Assembly: GCA_964545575.1 (NCBI GenBank)
Contig: CAZJFL010000004.1
Coordinates: 9,512 to 73,511, forward strand
DNA length: 64,000 nt
DNA from: an uncultured Planctomycetales bacterium
GTDB taxonomy: Bacteria; Omnitrophota; Gorgyraeia; Gygaellales; Profunditerraquicolaceae
Reading direction: 5' to 3'
The notes under the pieces were generated by a model, which saw nothing but the letters and a program-made list of their open reading frames with translations, did no database searches and was not told the DNA's origin. A program made the position numbers and the translations under genes. Below are positions 42,001-51,309 of this stretch, in pieces (within the stretch, counting starts at the first letter, position 1; every line of letters begins with the position of its first letter).

Positions 42001-42723
42001 TTAGTCGTCTGTGGACATAAAGGAGAGGTTTCTTTCGATAAAACTGATAAGTTTCTCCTGAAGTGCGGGGGATAGGTGGCTAAACTCAACCCCCACCCCG
42101 GGATAGAAATGCGGCTGGATCTGTTTATCGGAAAGCCAGACTACCTTTGCCTCAAGCTCCATTTCTTCCTGCTTCGGTAGAAGTTTAAACTTAATCACTA
42201 CTTCGTCCCCGAGCTTAAACTTATCGCATCCGTAGATATAGGCCCCCACTGCGCTTAAATTAAGGATATCTACCTTCAGGCAGGCCGGATTCCTTTCGTA
42301 CTTATTCTTTAACTCGATTTTTATATCGATGGGCAGACGCTTAAACCTGCGGCGCAGCTGCATTTTCTGAATATTTTCGATGACCTTATCTTCTGCAAAG
42401 CTGTTTATGGCTGCTTCCTCGGTGGCATAAATATCTATCGCCGCGTCCAGCCCCGAGACGGAAAACACGTTTTTCAGGTGCGCCGGTATGCTGGCAAACT
42501 TCATCCTGCCGTGGTTGTTCATTATTTCTTTATAGGCGATGACGACCACGGAAATCCCCATGTAATCTACGGCCTCTACTTCTTCGAAGTTGCAGAGAAT
42601 ATCAGCATAGCCGTCACGGATGCACTGGCCGACGACCTCAATGAGGTTGGCCGCATTGACGTCGATGCGGCCGGTTAAGTCCAGTATGACTACTTTATCT
42701 TTTATCCTGGCCTTAATCTCCAT
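42001..42723 (-). CDS. STAS (anti-sigma antagonist) - PilZ fusion protein
   Basis: N-terminal STAS (LTGRID, VDYMGI, SGLD); C-terminal RRFKR...NLSAVGA...GVEF PilZ motifs. Confidence 0.85.
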   Translation of the reverse strand: MEIKARIKDKVVILDLTGRIDVNAANLIEVVGQCIRDGYADILCNFEEVEAVDYMGISVVVIAYKEIMNNHGRMKFASIPAHLKNVFSVSGLDAAIDIYATEEAAINSFAEDKVIENIQKMQLRRRFKRLPIDIKIELKNKYERNPACLKVDILNLSAVGAYIYGCDKFKLGDEVVIKFKLLPKQEEMELEAKVVWLSDKQIQPHFYPGVGVEFSHLSPALQEKLISFIERNLSFMSTDD

Positions 42724-42730
42724 CGGTTTT

Positions 42731-43120
42731 CTATTCTTTCAGGCGCAGGGGAATCAGCGAAATCATCGTGCTTACCCCGCGCAAAATATTATCCATATCG
42801 CAGGGCTTAGTCAGGTAATGGTCTGCCTCCAGGCCATAGCACTTCTTTAAAGTCTCTAGTTCCGTCTGCGCGCTGATAATAATCACCGGCCGCCACTTAT
42901 CCTTATATTTAGCCCTGACTTCTCTTAAAACATCAAAGCCGTTTAATTTAGGCATCATCAGGTCTAAAATAATCAGGTCGGGGTTATCTTCTTTGACGCG
43001 CCTTAATGCCTCTTCGCCGTCAAAGGCAGTCACCACTAGATAGCCCTCCCGAAGCAGCCTGGCCTTTATGGTTTCCACTACCTCCCGGTCATCGTCAGCG
43101 ACTAATAATTTATATGTCAT
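42731..43120 (-). CDS. Single-domain response regulator
   Basis: ADDD, DLIILDLMMPKLNG, YLTKP. Confidence 0.92.
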   Translation of the reverse strand: MTYKLLVADDDREVVETIKARLLREGYLVVTAFDGEEALRRVKEDNPDLIILDLMMPKLNGFDVLREVRAKYKDKWRPVIIISAQTELETLKKCYGLEADHYLTKPCDMDNILRGVSTMISLIPLRLKE

Positions 43121-43153
43121 AGGCCTAATTTCCCCCCTGATATATTTTTTAAA

Positions 43154-43894
43154 TTAATATTTATAATAAGTTGCCGGTATGACCTGCGCGATGTAACGCA
43201 CCGCCTCGATGATACAGACGCGTATGGCTTTCTCCATGGGGGTGTTGGAATACATAGAGAGCCCTCCGCCTAATCCAAAGCTGCCGAAGAAGCCGCTCAT
43301 GATCGCGCCTCCCACATCAGAGGCCTGGCCTTGAACCCGGGTTGCAGCCAAGACTTCGGAAGTAGAGACGTCAACAATACGTATATCCATAGCCATATGG
43401 GATTTATTGAACGCGGCCCCTAAAATCCCTCCCAGAATACCGCTTCCCACGCTGCCTCCGCCTCCGATACCCGCCCTGCCTCCGGAAGCCTGCGGCTCAA
43501 ACTCGGTTACCGCAGCGGTAACGATTAAGTCCGCGGTTTTAATCTTGCCCCGCTGCGGGCCGCCGCTGCCTGCCTGCGTAGCTCCGGAACTGGAAAGTTC
43601 CTGTTCCTGCATCACCGCACTCAGCGCTTGCCTCTCTACTACCGAAAAACGGTTGCTGTTTACCAGGGCGGTGATCAACATCTCGCGTAACCCAGAGCCG
43701 ATCTGAAAGGTCGCCTGGGCAGCTTTCACGTCAAAATCAGCCACGGCAATGCGCGCCTTAGGCCCGGAATACGGGGGCATGGGCATTGTGCCGGCATCAT
43801 TATCGACCTGAGCTGTAGGCTGTATAGCAAAACTTAGGCAAATAAAAAAAGCTAAAACAAAGGTTACCGTTAATATTACCTTTTTCATCATCAC
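43154..43894 (-). CDS. CsgG/HfaB family exported protein
   Basis: Signal peptide; RIAVADF, RFSVVER, EQ, AVTEFE, DIRIVDV.TSEV. Confidence 0.82.
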   Translation of the reverse strand: MMMKKVILTVTFVLAFFICLSFAIQPTAQVDNDAGTMPMPPYSGPKARIAVADFDVKAAQATFQIGSGLREMLITALVNSNRFSVVERQALSAVMQEQELSSSGATQAGSGGPQRGKIKTADLIVTAAVTEFEPQASGGRAGIGGGGSVGSGILGGILGAAFNKSHMAMDIRIVDVSTSEVLAATRVQGQASDVGGAIMSGFFGSFGLGGGLSMYSNTPMEKAIRVCIIEAVRYIAQVIPATYYKY

Positions 43895-43924
43895 TCCTCC
43901 CTTCGCATAAAAACAAGTATTATT

Positions 43925-44701
43925 TTAAATCCGCAAATATTTTCTGGAAAGGGCCACGACAAAAAGAGGCATGATAAAAATCCCGCAAAACGCCTCGAGA
44001 ATCCCTACTGCCTTGCTTAATCCTATCGGGACGATATCCCCGTAACCTACGGTGGTGAAAGTAACGGCGCTAAAATAAAATGCCTCCAAGAATTCCGGCC
44101 GAAAGAGTTCGCCGGCTTTGGATAAACCGCCCCAGAGATAAAAAATAGCGGATAAAAAAATAACCGCTAGCGCAAAAAAGAAAGCCCTGATCGGCCGTTC
44201 GCCGTAGCCCCAGACAAGATAGGAAAAAGTAAGCACTAACCAGAAAAATATATGCCTAAGTTTTACCCCGGCGCCCCTTTCCGCTTCGGCCCTGACGATA
44301 TGGTGGATTTTTTTGGGGCTGATAAAAGAATAGGCCAGGTATTTGCGGTAGCACTCCCTGGAGCGGTAAAAACAATCCGAAAAATTAACAAACTCTCCGT
44401 CCCGCTCGTAATTTATCGCCGCGTATTTATACAATAAAGAAGCGTACTCCAGGTCCCGGGAAACCTCCGACTGCCGAGCTGCCTCCTCATAATATAAGGC
44501 TGAATTAAAAAAGAGCCTCTCGCCGCATTTCTTGCTCCAGCAACCGGCTGCCGCAGCAAAACATAAAGCTGCCTGCTTATGCTGGCCTTTAGCTTTATAA
44601 ATATGCGCGGCCTCTTTAAACAAACTAAAGGCCTGGTCAAGCTCTCCCCGCGAAAGAAACTCGTGGGCCCGCTCTTCTAATAATTTGGCTTCTGTTTCCA
44701 C
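43925..44701 (-). CDS. TPR/SNAP-like helical domain fused to a 2-TM potassium-channel pore domain
   Basis: Ala/Tyr-rich helical repeats; WGYGERP; YFS.VTFTTVGYGD selectivity filter. Confidence 0.82.
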   Translation of the reverse strand: METEAKLLEERAHEFLSRGELDQAFSLFKEAAHIYKAKGQHKQAALCFAAAAGCWSKKCGERLFFNSALYYEEAARQSEVSRDLEYASLLYKYAAINYERDGEFVNFSDCFYRSRECYRKYLAYSFISPKKIHHIVRAEAERGAGVKLRHIFFWLVLTFSYLVWGYGERPIRAFFFALAVIFLSAIFYLWGGLSKAGELFRPEFLEAFYFSAVTFTTVGYGDIVPIGLSKAVGILEAFCGIFIMPLFVVALSRKYLRI

Positions 44702-45069
44702 TGCTTTTCTATCTCTTGCCTCTGAATCTGGGTAATATAGGCATCTGCTTCTTCCATGCTTTTAAAAATATGCTGAGGCAGGGCCTTTAAAACATCAAAT
44801 ACTTTTTTAACCTGCGGCTGAAGATTAGTGATGATAATGGAACCGTTATTTTTCTCAAGCATTTCTTTTGTTTTAAAGATAACCCCCAGCCCCATACTGC
44901 TGATATAGATTACCCCCTGCATGTCAAAGATGATCAATTTGGCAGAGGCGCCTAAAACCGACCTGATCTTTTGCTCTAATTCCGGATAGGTCTCCGAATC
45001 AATAGAGCCCTCGGGAGAAATAGTAAAGACCCCCGCATGTTCCTGATTAACTTCTACACGAAGCGGCAT
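44677..45069 (-). CDS. STAS domain anti-sigma factor antagonist
   Basis: GSIDS, YISSMGL, QVKKVF; AGGAGG upstream of ATG 45069. Confidence 0.88.
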   Translation of the reverse strand: MPLRVEVNQEHAGVFTISPEGSIDSETYPELEQKIRSVLGASAKLIIFDMQGVIYISSMGLGVIFKTKEMLEKNNGSIIITNLQPQVKKVFDVLKALPQHIFKSMEEADAYITQIQRQEIEKQWKQKPNY

Positions 45070-45082
45070 AGCCCCTCCTTTG

Positions 45083-45670
45083 TTATTGCTGCATATCCTG
45101 CGGCATCCCCATTTCGTAGGAGAACTTTTTATATCCTGCGGGAACCTCAAATAGCGCATCCGGCTGTGCGCCTGTCTTGATATTTTTGTATTCCATCATC
45201 CAGCTGCCATCTTCGGCTGCGCTTTTGACCGGGATATTCAAGCCGGGAACAATCCACTGCAAAGTAACCCATCTCCTGCCGCTATTGTCCGTATAAACGA
45301 TTCTGTATTTATCGGCTTTGCGGCCGTCGATGATTTCAGAGCCGATGAGCTTACGCTCTATCTCTCCGGGCATCTTTTCTGCGCTGGCGGCGATATTGGC
45401 AGGATTAAACGGTTCCTCCATATACATCTGCTGCGCGGGCATCAGGAGCCAGATTACCTTTTTATCCAGGCGCGTTATACTAATGCCCTGAGGGGTCTCC
45501 ATGCGCGTTTTTTGTTTGCTGGCAAAGATTTTTCCCTGAAAAGTCCTGCCTCCGGCGGTATTGCTGACATCCGCGGAAAAATCCTCTCCCAGGGCAATCC
45601 CTCTTAAAATAAAAACAGTAGCGATGATCAGCGATAGGGATAAAACTCTCTTTATTTTATTTTGCATCAT
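45083..45670 (-). CDS. Exported DUF4412/LolA-like protein
   Basis: Signal peptide; FSAD, KTRME, I.RLDK, LFEVPAGY. Confidence 0.75.
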   Translation of the reverse strand: MMQNKIKRVLSLSLIIATVFILRGIALGEDFSADVSNTAGGRTFQGKIFASKQKTRMETPQGISITRLDKKVIWLLMPAQQMYMEEPFNPANIAASAEKMPGEIERKLIGSEIIDGRKADKYRIVYTDNSGRRWVTLQWIVPGLNIPVKSAAEDGSWMMEYKNIKTGAQPDALFEVPAGYKKFSYEMGMPQDMQQ

Positions 45671-45742
45671 CTGCTGCCCTCCTCTTTAGCATCTAATTAT
45701 ACCACGGATGATCATAAAACCAAAGCGGAAACGCCCTATAAA

Positions 45743-47005
45743 TTAAGGTAACAGGCGCTTTATAACTTCCAGATTCCTGCGGCTGGAGCCCCGGTTGCTT
45801 TCCAGCAACTCTTTTGCGCGCCGGCTTAACTCTCTGCCCAGAGAAGAACCGGATAATAAATCTTTAACTGCCTGCTCTAGCCCTGCCTGATCCTGCACTG
45901 ATATTGCCGCCTGATGGTTTAAGAAAAGCCCTGCGATATCTTTAAAATTAAACATGTATGGCCCGAATAAAACCGGCTTACCAAAGGCTACCGGCTCTAA
46001 GATATTGTGCCCGCCGGTTTTGGCTAAACTGCCGCCTATAAAAATAACCTCTGCGATAGCGTAGTAATTCAGAAGCTCGCCGATGCTATCCAAAATAAAT
46101 ACCGGCCTAGCAATACAATTGCAGGCTGCAAGGGGCAGCTGCGAAGCTAAAACCGGACGGAATCCGGCGCTGGAAACCAGATTTTCTATGCCCTTTGCCC
46201 GCTCGGGGTGCCGGGGGGCAATAAGCAGTTTCAGCTCAGGATAAGTAAGGCATAATTCTTGATATGCTCCGAGAATTATTTCTTCCTCTTGCGGATGCGT
46301 GCTTCCGGCAACGAAGAGCTTCTCGCCAGGCAGAAGCCCTAACTTAAGCTTATAGGCAGCGTAATCTTTCTCGGTATCTACGGTAATATCGAACTTCATG
46401 TTTCCAGTGACCTTGATTTTATCCGGCGCAACGCCTAAACTCCGTAGCCTTTCGGCATCGCGCTCTGTCTGGAGGCAAAAGAAATTGACCTTATTTAGTA
46501 TAGGCTTGGCCAAAAATCTGACCAAGCGATAGCCTCCAAGGGAGCGGTCAGATATTCTTCCGTTTACCACCAGTATAGGGATATTTTTCTTATAGAGGCA
46601 GGAAATGAGATTCGGCCAGATTTCTGTTTCAGCCAAAATAAAAACTTTGGGCCTGACCTTATTTATCACGTTCCTGATAATAAAACTAAAATCCAGCGGC
46701 AGGTAAGTGACTAAGTCCCCGTCTCTGGCAATTGTTTTGGCAATTTTATTACCGGTGGCGGTGACAGTAGAAATGACGAATTTTTTAGCGGGGTAGGCCT
46801 TCCTTAATTCTTCGATAAGCACCTTTACTGCCTGCGTTTCCCCGACGCTGACGGCGTGAATCCAGATCGGCTGATCAAGCGCTAAACCTTTCGGCAATAC
46901 CCCCAGGCGCGCCCAAAATCCGCGGTGAAACTTCCCGCGCAATAAATATATTGGCAGATATACGATGCTAATGACCAGAAATATTAAGTCGTAAATGATA
47001 AACAT
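45743..47005 (-). CDS. waaA: KDO transferase WaaA/KdtA
   Basis: WIHAVSVGE, PLD, ETEIWPN, GNMKFD, AGSTH, APRHPER, GGHNILEP. Confidence 0.95.
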   Translation of the reverse strand: MFIIYDLIFLVISIVYLPIYLLRGKFHRGFWARLGVLPKGLALDQPIWIHAVSVGETQAVKVLIEELRKAYPAKKFVISTVTATGNKIAKTIARDGDLVTYLPLDFSFIIRNVINKVRPKVFILAETEIWPNLISCLYKKNIPILVVNGRISDRSLGGYRLVRFLAKPILNKVNFFCLQTERDAERLRSLGVAPDKIKVTGNMKFDITVDTEKDYAAYKLKLGLLPGEKLFVAGSTHPQEEEIILGAYQELCLTYPELKLLIAPRHPERAKGIENLVSSAGFRPVLASQLPLAACNCIARPVFILDSIGELLNYYAIAEVIFIGGSLAKTGGHNILEPVAFGKPVLFGPYMFNFKDIAGLFLNHQAAISVQDQAGLEQAVKDLLSGSSLGRELSRRAKELLESNRGSSRRNLEVIKRLLP

Positions 47006-47028
47006 ATTACATCGCCGCCCTATCCCTG

Positions 47029-48276
47029 TCATGCCGAGGGTTCATTAACCCTTCCTAAAAACAAAATATTCCCTGTTTTTTTCTGTTCTATGATGAATAT
47101 AAATGGGTGGTCTGCTTTGAATATTTTTGGTTCTTCTGGTATAGATACACATTCCTGCATAATCACCGCTGTTGCTGCTGCTGCTTCAGTCCCCTCTTCA
47201 TTCACTTCCACAAATGCCTGATGAATTACCTGGTCTATATTCAATCGTTTATTGCCGGTCATCCCTGAAAAATCTGCTTCCTCTCCAAAATCAATACCTA
47301 GTGTAAAGGCTGTCGGCATACCCATCTCTGCAAGGTCTTTAGCCATAAAATACTCGGTTTCAAATTTAAATTTGGGTATATATACCTTAACTTCCCGTTC
47401 GTGGAGGCCTTTTCTCCATTCAGAAAGCTTTTCGGTAGTCAAAGATTCTTCTAAAGTTTTTAGATCGCCGCTCTTGGGAAGAAGGATAAGCATTGATAAA
47501 TCCCGCCCTTTGTAAGGAAGCTCCAGAATCTGTATTTGGTCATTCTCAAAATAACCGAGTTCTTCTATTTTAGCCAGATGCATCATTTGAACTTTAGCCG
47601 ATCTCTCAGGAGTGACCTTAAAATCTTCCTCTTTTGTAAGTTTAGGGTCGAATTGTTTAAACCACTTTCCTTTAAAATAAATGGCATTAGTGAGAATAAG
47701 ACGCGTCAAACCATTGATTACTCCAGATGGAATTAAGTCTTTTATCCTCTTATTTGTGCGCTCCTCTACCCAGTTATTTATAGTCAGGCGGGATGGCTCA
47801 GGCTCGCGAATAAAATCAAGGTTAGTCACCTTACCGCCGTAATATTTATCAATGAGATTAAAGTATTCCGGAAGAAATTGGTAATCTTTCTCTGCCCAAA
47901 GGGCATTTGCAGTCGATAGGATATAATCTTTATCTTTTTTATTTATTTCATTATAAATCTCCGTAAAAGCGTTCCTTCGTACATTGTCATCTATCGGAAA
48001 ATGAAAAACCGCCTGAATCTCTTCTTGGGTCTTACCCCGCGCTCCTTCATAAGCCATGGCTAAAGCAGTTGAAATACTATATGGCGAGAAGAATATATTG
48101 CCTTCTTTTGATTTATATTTCGCGTATAAATCAAAGGCGAACTGGTTGTTGGCCGATACTATGTCCGTGACACTAACAGGACTCGCAGCATTATTGCTCG
48201 TCTGTGAAAAGGCGGGATTAGGAAATAAGAGAACGGGAATAAAAAGCAAAATAATAAATAGTGACTTTTTAGACAT
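47029..48276 (-). CDS. Secreted serpin (serine protease inhibitor)
   Basis: NIFFSPYSI, INNWVEERT..I, NAIYFKG.W, EEGTEAAAAT hinge, F.ADHPF.F. Confidence 0.95.
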   Translation of the reverse strand: MSKKSLFIILLFIPVLLFPNPAFSQTSNNAASPVSVTDIVSANNQFAFDLYAKYKSKEGNIFFSPYSISTALAMAYEGARGKTQEEIQAVFHFPIDDNVRRNAFTEIYNEINKKDKDYILSTANALWAEKDYQFLPEYFNLIDKYYGGKVTNLDFIREPEPSRLTINNWVEERTNKRIKDLIPSGVINGLTRLILTNAIYFKGKWFKQFDPKLTKEEDFKVTPERSAKVQMMHLAKIEELGYFENDQIQILELPYKGRDLSMLILLPKSGDLKTLEESLTTEKLSEWRKGLHEREVKVYIPKFKFETEYFMAKDLAEMGMPTAFTLGIDFGEEADFSGMTGNKRLNIDQVIHQAFVEVNEEGTEAAAATAVIMQECVSIPEEPKIFKADHPFIFIIEQKKTGNILFLGRVNEPSA

Positions 48277-48298
48277 ACATACCTCCTGTTTTAGCCGC

Positions 48299-48427
48299 AT
48301 TTTGCGGGGGGATTGCTTACTAGCGGGTGACGGACGAGACGAAGGCCTTGCCGCGCGCAGCGTAAGCGAGCTTAGGCAGAGGTGGCTCGGCCGGCAGGAC
48401 CCGCTAAGCAGTTCAGACCCGCAAAAT
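48299..48427. repeat. 129-bp hairpin element between xerC and the serpin gene
   Basis: Terminal attttgcggg/cccgcaaaat; inner tagcgggt/acccgcta; 19 nt shared with 32377-32395. Confidence 0.8.
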
Positions 48428-48456
48428 CTATAAAGAATGGATAAAAATTTTTACAA

Positions 48457-49329
48457 TCAGGCGCGCGGATGCGCTTTGTCGTAAACGCTCTTTAATCTAT
48501 CCGTCGTCAGATGCGTATAAATCTGGGTGGTGGAAAGATTCGCATGGCCTAGAAGCTCCTGCACGCTCCTTAAATCCGCCCCGCGGTTTAAAAGATGGGT
48601 GGCAAATGAGTGCCTTAGCGTATGCGGCGATACCCCCCCTTTGAGACCGGCCAGATGTATATATTTACCCACTATGCCTCTTACCCCGCGGTCAGTAATG
48701 CGTTTTCCGTTTTTATTTAAAAAAACCGCCTTGGCCTGCTTTTTTCTTTTATTGAGATAATTTCCGATGGAAGTAAGCGCGGCCTCGCCTATCGGCGCGA
48801 TGCGCTCTTTCTTGCCCTTGCCCAAAACCTTAACTACGCCTGAGATAAAATCCACATCGTCAATACTTAAACCGACCAGCTCAGAAATACGTATGCCGGT
48901 GGAATAAAATGTCTCTAAAATCGCCCGGTCGCGCAAACTGCGCTCATCTACTTTCTTATTGATAAAGGTAGCGTTGATTAAACGCGTGACTTCTTCTTCG
49001 GTAAGAAACTGCGGCAGGTGTTTATCGGGCTTGGGGCTGGAAAGGATAAGAATGGGGTTAGTCTTAAGGTAGCCTTCGCGGGTAAGGAACCTAAAAAATG
49101 ACCTTAAAGTAGAAAGGTGGCGTAAGACGCTCCTGGTACCTAAGGTTTTTTCTTTTAAAACCGCCAGATACTTTCTTAAAAGCAGGTAATCTATTTTTTC
49201 CAGCGGTATTTCGCCTAAGAACTTATTGAAGCCGCTTAAATCGAGACGGTAATTAAGAATGGTGTGCTTTGAGTAATTTTTTTCGATTTCCAGATAGCGG
49301 ATGAACTTTTCCGTAAAACGGTCGATCAT
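48457..49329 (-). CDS. xerC: Tyrosine recombinase XerC
   Basis: RDRAILE..YSTG.R.SEL, GKGKKER, HTLRHSFATH, LGH, TQIY; after dprA-topA. Confidence 0.9.
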   Translation of the reverse strand: MIDRFTEKFIRYLEIEKNYSKHTILNYRLDLSGFNKFLGEIPLEKIDYLLLRKYLAVLKEKTLGTRSVLRHLSTLRSFFRFLTREGYLKTNPILILSSPKPDKHLPQFLTEEEVTRLINATFINKKVDERSLRDRAILETFYSTGIRISELVGLSIDDVDFISGVVKVLGKGKKERIAPIGEAALTSIGNYLNKRKKQAKAVFLNKNGKRITDRGVRGIVGKYIHLAGLKGGVSPHTLRHSFATHLLNRGADLRSVQELLGHANLSTTQIYTHLTTDRLKSVYDKAHPRA

Positions 49330-51308
49330 TTAGCTTTTTCCTCTGGAAGGGTACGCGAGGTAAACCTGCATTTGGGGAAATTTGAACAACCGTAGAAGAA
49401 TCCGCGCTTTGAGCGCCTTTCAATTAATTCGCCGCCGCATAGGGCTTCAGGGCATTTGACGCCGGTAGTAATGGATTTAGAAAACGCGCATTGCGGGTAA
49501 TCTGAGCAGCTCAAGAATTTTCCCCGGCGGCCCCACTTGATCACCATCGGCTTGCCGCATTTCTCGCAGACCTCTTCAGTATACACCACTTCTTTTTTAA
49601 TATTGGCCTGCGCAAAATCGAGGCTTACCTTAAAAGGCTGGTAAAAATCCTGCAAAACTTTTATTTTATCAATTTTTCCCTCGGCAATCTCATCCAGCTC
49701 TTCTTCCATCAGCGCGGTAAATTTTTCATCCATAATCTTGGGGAAGTACTCCACGAGCATCTCGCAAACCTTAAATCCCAGCTCGGTGGGATGAAAATAG
49801 CTCCTGATGCGGCGGGCGTAATCGCGTTGAATGAGCGTATAAATAATAGGCGCGTAAGTGGAGGGCCGGCCAATGCCGTCTTCTTCCAGGGACTTGACCA
49901 AAGAACTGTCGGAGAATCTCGCCGGAGGCTTGGTAAAATGCTGCGAGGGAATTAATTTAACTAAATCTAGGATATCTCCCTGAGCCAGCGGCGGAATAAT
50001 ATTCTTTTCTTTCTCGTCATTATTATTTTTGTTATATACTTTGGCAAAGCCGGCAAAGATAAGCTTGCTTCCTGAAGCGGTAAACAGGTATTTTTCGGCA
50101 TTGATATTTACCGTAGTGACAGAATAAAGTGCCGGCGTCATCTGGCTAGCCAGAAAACGATTATAAATCAAAGCGTATAATTTATACTGGTCTTCACTTA
50201 AAAAAGTTTTCAGGTTTTCGGGAGAATGGTCTGCTAAAGAAGGCCTGATGGCTTCATGCGCCTCCTGGGCAAACTTCTTGGCCTTATAAACATTGGGTGT
50301 TTTGGGCAGATAATCCTTGCCGAATTCTTTCGTAATCAGGTGCCTTATTTCTTTCAAGGCAATGGCAGAAACATTGGTAGAATCCGTGCGCATATAGGTA
50401 ATTAAACCCGTAGGACCTTCCTTGCCGATATCAACACCTTCGTATAACTCCTGCGCCACCATCATGGTCTTCCTGCCGTTAAAGCCCAATTTATTAAAGG
50501 CTTCCTGCTGCAGGGTGCTGGTAATAAAGGGCGGGTCGGGGTAACGTCTTTTTTCTGTATTTTTAATCTCGGAAACTACAAATTTCTTTCCGTCTATATC
50601 TACCACTATCCTGTCGGCTTCTGTTTTATTTGTTATCTTGGCCTTTTTGTCGGCAATTTTATCTAACTTGGCGGTGAACGAACTCTGAACTCTGAACTCT
50701 GAACTCTGAACTTTCTTTAACTCTACCTCGACCTCCCAATATTCCCGGGGGGTAAAGTTTTTAATCTGTTTTTCGCGGTCGATAATCAGTTTTAAAGCCA
50801 CAGACTGCACGCGCCCCGCGCTTAAGCCGCGCACGATCTTCTTCCACAATAAAGGGCTTAAGAAATAGCCCACAATTCTATCCAGTATCCTGCGGCCTGC
50901 CTGCGCTTCAATTAACTTCGTATCAAAATCGCGCGGCTTCCCAAAAGCTTCTTTTACTGCGCTAGGCGTAATCTCATGAAAGACTACCCGCAAAACTTTC
51001 TTTCCCTTAAATAACCTCTCCCTAAGCTGCCAACCGATAGCCTCGCCCTCCCGGTCAGGGTCAGTGGCAACATAAATGCACTCTGCATCCTTGGCGTCTT
51101 TTTTTAGAGCGGTTAATACCTTTTGCCTTCCCGAAATCACCACATATTCCGGCTTAAAATCTGCTTCTATATCCACGCCTAAGGTGGTCTTAGGTAGATC
51201 GATCAGATGCCCCATAGAGGAGACCACCGTAAACTTATCGCCGAGTATCTTGCCTATGGTTTTAGCTTTAGTAGGCGACTCCACAATGACTAAACTTTTC
51301 TTACTCAT
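49326..51308 (-). CDS. topA: DNA topoisomerase I
   Basis: IVESPTKAK, ATDPDREGE, SAGRVQS, ITYMRTD, GIGRPSTY, zinc ribbons. Confidence 0.97.
   Translation of the reverse strand: MSKKSLVIVESPTKAKTIGKILGDKFTVVSSMGHLIDLPKTTLGVDIEADFKPEYVVISGRQKVLTALKKDAKDAECIYVATDPDREGEAIGWQLRERLFKGKKVLRVVFHEITPSAVKEAFGKPRDFDTKLIEAQAGRRILDRIVGYFLSPLLWKKIVRGLSAGRVQSVALKLIIDREKQIKNFTPREYWEVEVELKKVQSSEFRVQSSFTAKLDKIADKKAKITNKTEADRIVVDIDGKKFVVSEIKNTEKRRYPDPPFITSTLQQEAFNKLGFNGRKTMMVAQELYEGVDIGKEGPTGLITYMRTDSTNVSAIALKEIRHLITKEFGKDYLPKTPNVYKAKKFAQEAHEAIRPSLADHSPENLKTFLSEDQYKLYALIYNRFLASQMTPALYSVTTVNINAEKYLFTASGSKLIFAGFAKVYNKNNNDEKEKNIIPPLAQGDILDLVKLIPSQHFTKPPARFSDSSLVKSLEEDGIGRPSTYAPIIYTLIQRDYARRIRSYFHPTELGFKVCEMLVEYFPKIMDEKFTALMEEELDEIAEGKIDKIKVLQDFYQPFKVSLDFAQANIKKEVVYTEEVCEKCGKPMVIKWGRRGKFLSCSDYPQCAFSKSITTGVKCPEALCGGELIERRSKRGFFYGCSNFPKCRFTSRTLPEEKAK
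50680..50712. repeat. (GAACTCT)x4.7 array inside topA without palindrome (VQSSEFRVQSS)
   Basis: gaactct repeated perfectly four times plus gaact. Confidence 0.95.
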
Positions 51309-51309
51309 T

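Noticed and set aside
46117-46147. Possible degenerate heptamer array in waaA (SQLPLAACN)
   Set aside because: Too degenerate to distinguish from chance without an orthologue alignment.
48457-49329. Tyrosine recombinase as the integrase or mobiliser of the repeats
   Set aside because: Sequence and dprA-topA-xerC context fit housekeeping XerC. No att sites or cargo are seen.
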